NCBI GenBank assembly: GCA_035479135.1
Contig: DATIIY010000003.1
Coordinates: forward strand, 42,302 to 106,301
DNA: 64,000 nucleotides
Reading direction: 5' to 3'
Source of the DNA: Candidatus Saccharimonadales bacterium
GTDB taxonomy: Bacteria; Patescibacteriota; Saccharimonadia; Saccharimonadales; UBA4665
Numbering within the stretch: the first letter of the stretch is position 1; each line of letters starts with the position of its first letter. Shown piece by piece: positions 48,622-57,096 of the stretch. A model generated the notes under the pieces. It ran no database searches. It was not told where the DNA came from and saw only the letters and a list, made by a program, of their open reading frames with translations. Both the position numbers and the translations under genes were made by a program.

Positions 48622-49881
48622 ATGGAAGCCTCTCCGCCACTTCGTCCAAATCCAAACGCAAATCAAACAGGAAATCATTGGCCAGATGTCTCTGGTACAT
48701 TTAAACCTGTCACGAGAGCATCAGTCAGGTCTATATATATGCCGACTTCACCAGAAGTCGTGGTGCCCGACACGCTTTTACCTGACCCCGTACCTCAAGA
48801 ATTATCGCCAAGTCCAGTGTTGACTGGGGGTACAGTGCCAAAGGTTAGGCCAATATTATTAGATCTTCGAAACAGATTATTACAGCGACGTATTGATAAG
48901 ATTGAAGGAAGTATTGATCAATTAAGCCATCCGTCACAATCAATGCTCGAACATGAAGAAATGGCCCGTCACGTGGGCAGATCTATTTTAACAAGTAAAG
49001 GGTACTGGCCTCACACTGAAAGTAGACGTCCATATACATTGAAGAGAACTATGGCCGCACGGGCGCTCGAAAGCCTAGATGCCAGGCGGCGAAAGAATGT
49101 AGCTAGGGCGCATTCTACTGCCAAGCTATTTAAAGCTAGTGATACCGAACATTTTGTTCCAGATTTTGAAGGCAGCAATCCTCATCCTACTCGATTTGAG
49201 GCTCGCGATACTCGGAGTCACGCTAAAAGTTATAACAAAAATATGCGACAGGCAGCTCGTCGCGACCGAATGTTCGCGAGTATTGTAAGTCCTCGGAGCG
49301 CATATGCTCAACGACTCTTAAGGAAACGCGACAAACTTTCACTTAAGCAGCAAGCCATTGAACATTTGAGAACCGGTAAACCTATCGAACGACAATCAGA
49401 ATTGCCACAAGGCGAACTAATTCAATATGGAAATCCGGATGCTCGTGGCAAAGTATCAGTCAATATTGAATATAGTCAACCCGCAGATGTGAATATTGAT
49501 ATCAGCTCATACATGCGTTCGAGAGGAAAAAGAGCAGAAATAGTTATATATAACGAGGATGGCACGACTTTGTATATTCATGGAAATACATTGTACTCGT
49601 GGAAACGCAATGCTGAGGGTGAAATTATTCAAAATATGCAAGAACTTAGTGATCTACAATCCGAGTTAGGATTTTTGCCCCGACTTAGTGTTGGTAGACC
49701 ATTACGGGTTAGAAACGGCATATCATCGCCAGAATCTCCCATTATTGGTATTGTCGTACATTCAGGCAATATGAACTCGCAGATAGCGATAGAAAAACAC
49801 ATGAGAAGAAAAGCTAACGATCCGCTTGATAGTGCTCGCCGGATTGCCAGACATATTGATAATAGTGAACGCTCAGACTAA
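48622..49881 (+). CDS. hypothetical basic soluble protein within the T4SS operon
   Basis: 419 aa with AAGGTG SD and no TM or signal peptide. The central region is Arg/Lys/His-rich. No family recognised. Confidence 0.5.
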   Translation: MEASPPLRPNPNANQTGNHWPDVSGTFKPVTRASVRSIYMPTSPEVVVPDTLLPDPVPQELSPSPVLTGGTVPKVRPILLDLRNRLLQRRIDKIEGSIDQLSHPSQSMLEHEEMARHVGRSILTSKGYWPHTESRRPYTLKRTMAARALESLDARRRKNVARAHSTAKLFKASDTEHFVPDFEGSNPHPTRFEARDTRSHAKSYNKNMRQAARRDRMFASIVSPRSAYAQRLLRKRDKLSLKQQAIEHLRTGKPIERQSELPQGELIQYGNPDARGKVSVNIEYSQPADVNIDISSYMRSRGKRAEIVIYNEDGTTLYIHGNTLYSWKRNAEGEIIQNMQELSDLQSELGFLPRLSVGRPLRVRNGISSPESPIIGIVVHSGNMNSQIAIEKHMRRKANDPLDSARRIARHIDNSERSD

Positions 49882-49920
49882 TACGGTTTTCAGTTAGCGA
49901 TTTGCTATACTGTTACTGTA

Positions 49921-51030
49921 GTGGCAACATACAAACTGATACAAGATATTGAGGCTGAGGATAAGATTCTGGGGCCGTTGACGCTGAGGCAGTTTATCTT
50001 CGCGATGATTGCCGTATTTTTATTTTATCTATGTTTTCTGGTAACCGTAAAGCATGTTGTTTTCTTACTAATTATATTTTTGCCGCCGGCGCTTTTCTTT
50101 GGGTTTTTTGCCTTACCGTTCGGTAGGGATCAGCCGACAGAGATCTGGTTTCTGGCTAAGTTGAGATTTTGGTTTAAGCCAAGGCGGCGAGTCTGGAATC
50201 AAAGCGGCCTCAAAGAACTGGTCGAAATCAATGTTCCCAAGAAATTGGTACACAATTACACCAACGGATTAAGCCAGCCGGAAGTGGAGAGCCGACTTAA
50301 AATTCTGGCTCAGACGATCGACAGCCGCGGGTGGGCAGTTAAACATGCTGTTAATAACACCTTCCAGCCGCCTGTTATAGTCGGCGGCGGTTCAGATCGT
50401 TTAATAGATATCGGCAGCATGCCACAAGAAGTTCCGGCCGATAATAGTGTTGTTTATAACGATGTTATGGATCCCGGCACCAGCCCAATTGCCCGCCAAT
50501 TCGATTCTATGATTGACGAGTCTGAAAAAACCCGGCGAGAGCAATTGGTGGAGCAGATGGATGGCGCTGTACGCTTACCACAGCGATTGCAGCAAGCCGC
50601 ATCTGGTCCAAGTGCGCCAAGTAGCAATTGGTTTATGCCAACGCCCGGGCCAACTCAGGGCGGGGGTTATACCGCTACACCGCTACCAGCCGCAGAAGTA
50701 GACTCGGCAGCCGAGGCCACCTTAGCAGCCGGGCTTTCACATCAGGCCAATACCCATCGGGCCTTCGGTAATTTGCGCACCTTGCAGCCTCTGTCAACTC
50801 GCAAAGCTTCGACCGTTTCAACTAATAACGGCTCTGTCACCGATGATAATTCAAGCCCTTCAGCGAGCGCGGTAGACCAAACTACACCGATGACAGCCCA
50901 GAGAGACCCTGCTATAATGTATCTGGCCACAAATAATGATTTAAATTTGTCTACTATCGCGCGAGAGGCCAATAAAAACAAGAGCAGTGCAGAAGCGTCT
51001 TCCAACGAGGTCGTAATTCCGCTGCATTAA
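49921..51030 (+). CDS. PrgI family (VirB3-like) membrane protein with a long disordered C-terminal extension
   Basis: 369 aa with a GTG start. The N-terminus (YKLIQDIEAEDKILGPLTLRQFIFAMIAVFLFYL) plus a second TM matches the PrgI-family pattern. The rest is low complexity. Confidence 0.62.
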   Translation: MATYKLIQDIEAEDKILGPLTLRQFIFAMIAVFLFYLCFLVTVKHVVFLLIIFLPPALFFGFFALPFGRDQPTEIWFLAKLRFWFKPRRRVWNQSGLKELVEINVPKKLVHNYTNGLSQPEVESRLKILAQTIDSRGWAVKHAVNNTFQPPVIVGGGSDRLIDIGSMPQEVPADNSVVYNDVMDPGTSPIARQFDSMIDESEKTRREQLVEQMDGAVRLPQRLQQAASGPSAPSSNWFMPTPGPTQGGGYTATPLPAAEVDSAAEATLAAGLSHQANTHRAFGNLRTLQPLSTRKASTVSTNNGSVTDDNSSPSASAVDQTTPMTAQRDPAIMYLATNNDLNLSTIAREANKNKSSAEASSNEVVIPLH

Positions 51031-51082
51031 ACGCTAAAACTAGCGTGACCCCTGATGAAAATTAAGGTGGGACAGTCGTATC

Positions 51083-52018
51083 ATGGATCCGTCGAGGCAA
51101 CCGATTCCAAACCAACAAAACCCAAATCAACAGGCTCAGTCTGACGCTTTAAGCTATTCAGCAAGTAATGCTCCGCCGCCGGCGCCGCTAATTCCCAACC
51201 AAATTGTTCCGCCGGTTCAAGACCCTAACGGCGGGCCCACGCCTCTGGCTATGCCCACGTCAGGCCGGATGCCGGCTAAACCCGCGCAGCAGCACCCCAA
51301 CAGCACCCAGAATTCTTTGCAAATCGCCGAAGTTCGTGACGGCATCGTGATAATGAGTGACGGCTCGTTTCGATCAGTCGTGATGGTCAAAAGCATCAAT
51401 TTTGATCTGATGAGCCCGCAGGAACAAGAGGCCGTAGAGTTTAGCTATCAGGGATTTTTGAATTCGCTTTATTTCCCCTTGCAAATTTTTATTCGATCTC
51501 AAAAAGTCGACCTCGCTCCTTACATCGATAAACTAGACAAAATACGAACAGAACACGATAACATGCTGCTGGCGCTACTTATGGAAGATTACATTGCGTT
51601 TATCGGTAATTTGGCGCAGCAGACCAATATTATGGATAAAAAATTCTATCTGGTGGTGCCGTTTTTCCCGGTCGTAGATGCTCAAAAAGCGTTGACTCAA
51701 AGTAAGAATTTCCTGGGCGGCATAGGCGGTTTATTTAACAAAAAAGAAGAACACGTCGTTATTAATGAAGCGGACCTCGAAAATGCTAAAACCGAGCTAC
51801 GCAACCGCGTCCAAGCGGTTTTGGCCGGGTTAATGCAGTCTGGAATTAAGGGCTTGCCGCTGGATACCGAGGAGTTAATCGAGCTATATTACGACACTTA
51901 TAATCCGGACACGGCCACCAGGCAGCAGCTTAAGGATTTCAGCGGTTTGACAGCTGACGTTATCACCAAGGGTGAAGGAGCCGCGCCCCAAGCCCACCTG
52001 AAGGGAGAGCTTCACTAA
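51083..52018 (+). CDS. VirB4 N-terminal-domain-like protein (separate ORF)
   Basis: 311 aa. An 80-aa Pro/Gln-rich leader is followed by IAEVRDGIVIMSDGSFRSVVMVKSINFDLMSPQEQEAVEFSYQGFLNSLYFPLQIFI, which resembles the N-terminus of Gram-positive VirB4/TrsE/PrgJ proteins. The stop overlaps the next start (TAATG). Confidence 0.5.
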   Translation: MDPSRQPIPNQQNPNQQAQSDALSYSASNAPPPAPLIPNQIVPPVQDPNGGPTPLAMPTSGRMPAKPAQQHPNSTQNSLQIAEVRDGIVIMSDGSFRSVVMVKSINFDLMSPQEQEAVEFSYQGFLNSLYFPLQIFIRSQKVDLAPYIDKLDKIRTEHDNMLLALLMEDYIAFIGNLAQQTNIMDKKFYLVVPFFPVVDAQKALTQSKNFLGGIGGLFNKKEEHVVINEADLENAKTELRNRVQAVLAGLMQSGIKGLPLDTEELIELYYDTYNPDTATRQQLKDFSGLTADVITKGEGAAPQAHLKGELH

Positions 52019-53964
52019 TGCTGGGCCGTAAGAAGCAGCCGCCTCCCGACCCGGTAGCGATTGCCAGAGCCCAGAGAGCCCGGGAAGAAATGGAGGTTCA
52101 GGCCGCCTTCCGCAAAGGCATCACTGCACTGCGGGATTTCATAGCGCCAAGTTCACTGGAGTTCAGTAACACTCATTTCCAGATTGGTACCCGTTACGCC
52201 AGGACCTATTATGTTTACGGCTATCCCCGACAGCTTTACACCGGCTGGCTGAGTGGACTGGTTAATCTGGATGAAATTGTCGATATGAGCATGTACGTTT
52301 ATCCGGTCGAAAGTCAGGTGGTGCTGGAAAACCTGCGGAAGAAAGTTACGCAACTTGAAGCCGGTATTCAGATCGAGGCCGAGAAAGGCCGAGTCCGAGA
52401 TCCGGGCAAAGAAGCGGCCATCATGGATGCCGAAGAAATGCGCGACAAACTGCAGGTTGGCGAAGAACGGTTCTTTAGATTCGGATTGTACTTCACATTG
52501 TATGCCGGCAGTCTTGACGAGTTGGAATTTATTTCTCACAAAGTTGAATCAATGCTCGGTCAGCAGCTGGTTTATAGTAAGGCCGCCACCTCTCAGCAAG
52601 AACAGGGGCTCAACAGCACTATTCCTCAATTAGTCGACCAGTTGCAGATTCGCCGCAACATGAGTACCGGGGCACTGAGCACCAGTTTTCCGTTTACCAG
52701 TGCGGATCTGAGTCAGGAAACCGGCATCTTGTATGGCATAAATATGCACAACTCCGGCTTGGTGATTTTCGATCGTTTCTCTCTGGAAAACGGTAATTCG
52801 GTGGTCTTCGCTAAATCCGGGGCCGGCAAAAGTTTTGCTGTTAAATTAGAAGCTCTGCGCTCCATGATGTTCGGCACCGAGATATTTATCATTGACCCTG
52901 AAAACGAGTATCAGCGGATGTGCGATGCGGTAGGCGGAGCCTATGTTCGCCTGAGCCTGAATTCGGCAACCAGAATAAATCCGTTTGACTTGCCCAAAGT
53001 CGTCGATACCGAGGAAGCTGACAACGCTCTGAGGAGCAACCTGATAACGCTGCACGGTTTACTACGATTAATGATGGGCGGCGCCCAGATCCAAATGGCC
53101 GGCGCCGGCGGTGTCATGGCACCGCCGTTAGCTCCCTCAGAAGAAGCTGATCTGGACGCCGCCCTGATCGAAACCTATGCCAAAGCCGGAATAACCAACG
53201 ATCCGCTAACTCACACCGGCACCCCACCGGCCATAAACGATCTTTATGACGTTTTGCTGCACATGGGTGGCACCGGGCCACAACTGGCCCAGCGATTGCG
53301 CAAGTACACTACTGGCACCTTCGCCGGAATTTTCTCGCAGCAAAGCAATATCGATATAAATAATCCGATGGTAGTTTTCAACTTGCGTGACCTGGAGGAT
53401 GAACTACGGCCAGTAGCCATGTACATCGTACTTAATTACGTCTGGAACAAAACCAAAACCGATCAGAAACGTCGCCTAATGATAGTCGATGAAGCCTGGC
53501 AACTTATGAAGTACGAAGATTCCGCCAATTTCCTGTTTTCGCTGGCCAAGCGGGCCCGCAAATACAACCTTGGGATCACCACGGTAACTCAGGATGTCGA
53601 GGATTTCATGGGCTCGCGGATGGGACGGGCAATTGTCGCCAACGCTTCCATGCAGTTTCTGATGAAACAGTCGCCTTCAGCCGTTGACGTTTTAACGGAT
53701 GTGTTCAAATTAACAGAGGAGGAGCGTAAACGGCTAAGTCAGTTCCCGGTCGGTCAGGGACTGTTTTTCGCCGGCCAAAACCACGTTCACATTCAAGTTG
53801 TGGCCAGTCCTACCGAAACCGGCCTGATCACTACCAACCCGGAAGAGGTTCAACAGATAGCGGCGGCCGAAGCCAGCGGCGAATTTGACCAGGCGCAGGG
53901 CACAATCGATTTAAACAATCGGCTAACGCCCGGCAGCACCGGCAATACGGCCAGTAGCGTATAA
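52018..53964 (+). CDS. virB4: VirB4-family type IV secretion ATPase
   Basis: 648 aa. Walker A FAKSGAGKSFAVK, Walker B RRLMIVDEAWQLM, and GITTVTQDVEDF. The upstream part (FIAPSSLEFSNTHFQIGTRYARTYYVYGYPRQ) is typical of the VirB4 middle region. Confidence 0.9.
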   Translation: MLGRKKQPPPDPVAIARAQRAREEMEVQAAFRKGITALRDFIAPSSLEFSNTHFQIGTRYARTYYVYGYPRQLYTGWLSGLVNLDEIVDMSMYVYPVESQVVLENLRKKVTQLEAGIQIEAEKGRVRDPGKEAAIMDAEEMRDKLQVGEERFFRFGLYFTLYAGSLDELEFISHKVESMLGQQLVYSKAATSQQEQGLNSTIPQLVDQLQIRRNMSTGALSTSFPFTSADLSQETGILYGINMHNSGLVIFDRFSLENGNSVVFAKSGAGKSFAVKLEALRSMMFGTEIFIIDPENEYQRMCDAVGGAYVRLSLNSATRINPFDLPKVVDTEEADNALRSNLITLHGLLRLMMGGAQIQMAGAGGVMAPPLAPSEEADLDAALIETYAKAGITNDPLTHTGTPPAINDLYDVLLHMGGTGPQLAQRLRKYTTGTFAGIFSQQSNIDINNPMVVFNLRDLEDELRPVAMYIVLNYVWNKTKTDQKRRLMIVDEAWQLMKYEDSANFLFSLAKRARKYNLGITTVTQDVEDFMGSRMGRAIVANASMQFLMKQSPSAVDVLTDVFKLTEEERKRLSQFPVGQGLFFAGQNHVHIQVVASPTETGLITTNPEEVQQIAAAEASGEFDQAQGTIDLNNRLTPGSTGNTASSV

Positions 53965-54003
53965 TTAAACCATTAGTGTTATAGGGGTACAGCGGAAACA
54001 AAC

Positions 54004-57000
54004 ATGGCAACACCCGCCAATCAAAGAGACCCGGTCTATGATGATGACCGATCGCCAGAACCGGTTAGACAACCCGATCTACGCCGGCTAGAAGGCATCG
54101 GAGGTAACACTGCCGGCGGTGGCACACGGGGTGCCAGCAGCAGCACGGGATCACAAGGAGGTGGCGCCTCTAATTCCACCAAAGCTTCGGCAGGCGGAGC
54201 CAGCGATCAAACCGGCGACACATCGGCCAAGCTAAATAACGCTGAAGAATCTACAGGCGACAACGATGACGAAGATGACGACAGTGACCGTGTTGGCAAA
54301 GGCTACACAGGCAACAACAATTCCACCAGCAGAGGCCGCGTCCGATTCCGGCTCACCCGAAAAAAAGCCGCCGTAGGCATCGGCTCCGTAGCTATAATTT
54401 CCGGGGTTATTGGCTTTTTTTCTATATCTACCGGCCCGCTGGAATTTATCCATATCGCTCAACTATTAGACCGCTTCCACTTCTCCAGCCAACAAGACGC
54501 CGAAGACGGCAGGTTAACTAAAATGGCCCGCTACCTGCATGACACCAATAAGCCGCAAAACACGCGGCTTGGACTTGTAGGCAATTCTGTAGCATCCAAG
54601 CTTGAAACTAAAATTAAAGACGCGACCGGATTAGAGCCGGAATTCAATGAAAAGTCTGGTAGATTCGTTGGTTATAATGGCGACCGGGCTCATGAAAACT
54701 TTAAAGGCAAGTCGGAAGCTGAGATAAAAAGTCAGATAGCAAACCAGACCGGTATTGATGGGATTAAAGTTTCTTTTTCTTCGGATGGCAAATCGTTCAG
54801 CTATAATCCTGACGCAGGTATACGCAATCCCGTTACTGCTTATAGAGTCCAGACTCGCACTGCGCGGGCCCAGCTGAGCGAGGCTGGATTATCCAAAGTT
54901 TCCCAACATGTCGGAAGCAGAATTCTAAGAACTCGAGCTGGGTGGACATTTCACCCCATCAAAAAGGCAGATGCAGCCCTTCAAGCCAAAGCTATCGAAA
55001 AGGGTGCCAAAGCTTATGAGCAATTCAAAGAAAAGCTAAAGCAGCAGTTTAACAAAGACGAAACGGCCTATATAGAAAACGGAGCAGTTGAAAAACCCGG
55101 CGGAGATCCCACTCGACAAAAAGAAACCGATACTAGTGGTAAAACCGTGGACACACCTGGATCGCAAGATACACAAGCGGGTGTAAATGGTGTTAAATCC
55201 GACACTCAAGGTGAAGACCCGGCAAATCCGCAAACTGTGGAGGATGCCAAAACCAGCCTAAAAGCCAAGGTTGGAGCCGGGGGTGCCAGTTTAATTGGGG
55301 TGATCTGCGTAATGAACAGCATTAATCATGAGATGCCGCAATTACGACAAGAAAAAGTTATGCTGCCGATGATGAGAATGGCTGGTGAAGCCATAAGTGT
55401 TGGCAGTCAAGTCCAGAGTGGACAAGACATTAGTGCTCTTCAACTTGGATTTTACAAGGACCAACTTGATGGTACAGATAGTACTGGCAAGACCTCCACT
55501 TGGAATCAAGCCCAAAGTATTCAAGCCGAGTTAGGGCAACCGCAATCCGGTACGGATGTACCAAAAGAAGGTCAAGTATTTAACGGAGATGTGCCTTTTG
55601 GCTTTTTGCAAGGTTCGATAGTAGATTCGGTTTGTGGTATTTTGGGAAGCACTTTTGGCCAGATTTTCTCGATTGTCACTGGACCAATCAGCTTCATTGC
55701 TTCGGCTATTACTGTCGGCCCAGCTACAAGCATTCTGGCAAACTGGTTATCCGGAGCCCCCATAAGTCCTTTGGCTGCCGGCGCAGACCGAGGAAATTAT
55801 ATTAATTACGGTGCGCGTTTGTCGGCCAATCAACAATATGCGTCAGCTGGTGGTGTACCGATGAACTCCAGCGATGAAGGGCAAGTGACTGCGATAGATA
55901 ACAGCTTCGATATGGCCGATTTCCAATCTCATGGTCTGGCTTATAGGCTTTTTAATACAAAAGATAGTCGTAGTTTAGTATCGCATTTGATTGATAGTGA
56001 GAGCGCTTCCGGACCAGTAGATAATATAGCAACTATGGTTCAGCACTTTGGTAGTATCTTCGGAGCTGCCTCAAGAGTGCCGGCCAGTCTATTATCGGGG
56101 GTCACTCATGCTGCTGGAACGACTTACAATTGGCATGGTCTCAATAAAATCGGTTTCACAGCAAGTGAATTAGGCAATCCTAGCGTCGATAACCCTTTTG
56201 ACAATGCCTGCCTTGTAGCAGGCGGTAACTGTAAATTAGCAAATGGTACGCTTGAACATACGGGTATTCTTGACGGCTCAAACGGTCAGCACTATATTGA
56301 TCTTGCCCACACTTGTTTCAATGCTACTATCACCAACGACCCCTCCACAGGTTGGCAAATCAATAATGCCAGCTCACTAAATCAAGAAGACGATAACTAT
56401 CGATCGCATGCTATTGAGTGCAGCAGCGATAGCGACGGGAACTGGTTACGTGTACGTTTCTGGTTACTCGACACAGCAACCATAGAAGGCTACGACTGTT
56501 ATCAAGGCGATACAGACACATCCGACCAATCTTGTAACGATGTCGGCGTCACACAGTCCAGTACAGCATCCGTATCAGCCGGGTCAAGCGATATCAGCGC
56601 TTATCAAAACCCTCTTCGGGATGTGATGAAAAACGGCAGCTTATTCCCACGACGCATAGATGAAGGCGTCGATTACGGGGGTCATGGCCCGATTTATGCC
56701 ATGGGCAACGGCGTAGTCACTTTTGCCGGTACTGGAGAATGGTTTGCTGCTTACGGCCAGTCGGTTGTTTATACATTAAGTGATGGCCCGGCTGCTGGAA
56801 AAAGCGTTTATTTCTCAGAAAGCTGTACTCCGACCGTCAAGGCCGGTGATCACGTTACTCCTTCAACCGTAATATGTAATATGAATGGAGATAACAGTCC
56901 TTGGATTGAAACAGGATGGGCGGTTGGAGGTACAGCCAATCAGGATATCCCATCGGCTCATATAGGTTACAATGAGTGCGCAACAGTATATGGAGCTAAC

Positions 57001-57096
57001 TATTCTGACCTTCTCAAAAAACTAGGTGCTCCCGGCGGAAAAATCGAGTGTGGCGGACCTGACGAGACACTGCCGGCAGGATGGCCGAAATGGTGA
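54004..57096 (+). CDS. large T4SS-associated membrane protein with a C-terminal degenerate LytM/M23-like domain
   Basis: 1030 aa. A 110-aa Gly/Ser/Asp-rich N-terminus, a TM (AAVGIGSVAIISGVIGFFSI), and further hydrophobic segments near residues 430 and 540-580. The C-terminal stretch IDEGVDYGGHGPIYAMGNGVVTFAG...VKAGDHVTPSTVI resembles the M23 barrel but lacks the HxxxD/HxH metal ligands. Confidence 0.5.
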   Translation: MATPANQRDPVYDDDRSPEPVRQPDLRRLEGIGGNTAGGGTRGASSSTGSQGGGASNSTKASAGGASDQTGDTSAKLNNAEESTGDNDDEDDDSDRVGKGYTGNNNSTSRGRVRFRLTRKKAAVGIGSVAIISGVIGFFSISTGPLEFIHIAQLLDRFHFSSQQDAEDGRLTKMARYLHDTNKPQNTRLGLVGNSVASKLETKIKDATGLEPEFNEKSGRFVGYNGDRAHENFKGKSEAEIKSQIANQTGIDGIKVSFSSDGKSFSYNPDAGIRNPVTAYRVQTRTARAQLSEAGLSKVSQHVGSRILRTRAGWTFHPIKKADAALQAKAIEKGAKAYEQFKEKLKQQFNKDETAYIENGAVEKPGGDPTRQKETDTSGKTVDTPGSQDTQAGVNGVKSDTQGEDPANPQTVEDAKTSLKAKVGAGGASLIGVICVMNSINHEMPQLRQEKVMLPMMRMAGEAISVGSQVQSGQDISALQLGFYKDQLDGTDSTGKTSTWNQAQSIQAELGQPQSGTDVPKEGQVFNGDVPFGFLQGSIVDSVCGILGSTFGQIFSIVTGPISFIASAITVGPATSILANWLSGAPISPLAAGADRGNYINYGARLSANQQYASAGGVPMNSSDEGQVTAIDNSFDMADFQSHGLAYRLFNTKDSRSLVSHLIDSESASGPVDNIATMVQHFGSIFGAASRVPASLLSGVTHAAGTTYNWHGLNKIGFTASELGNPSVDNPFDNACLVAGGNCKLANGTLEHTGILDGSNGQHYIDLAHTCFNATITNDPSTGWQINNASSLNQEDDNYRSHAIECSSDSDGNWLRVRFWLLDTATIEGYDCYQGDTDTSDQSCNDVGVTQSSTASVSAGSSDISAYQNPLRDVMKNGSLFPRRIDEGVDYGGHGPIYAMGNGVVTFAGTGEWFAAYGQSVVYTLSDGPAAGKSVYFSESCTPTVKAGDHVTPSTVICNMNGDNSPWIETGWAVGGTANQDIPSAHIGYNECATVYGANYSDLLKKLGAPGGKIECGGPDETLPAGWPKW

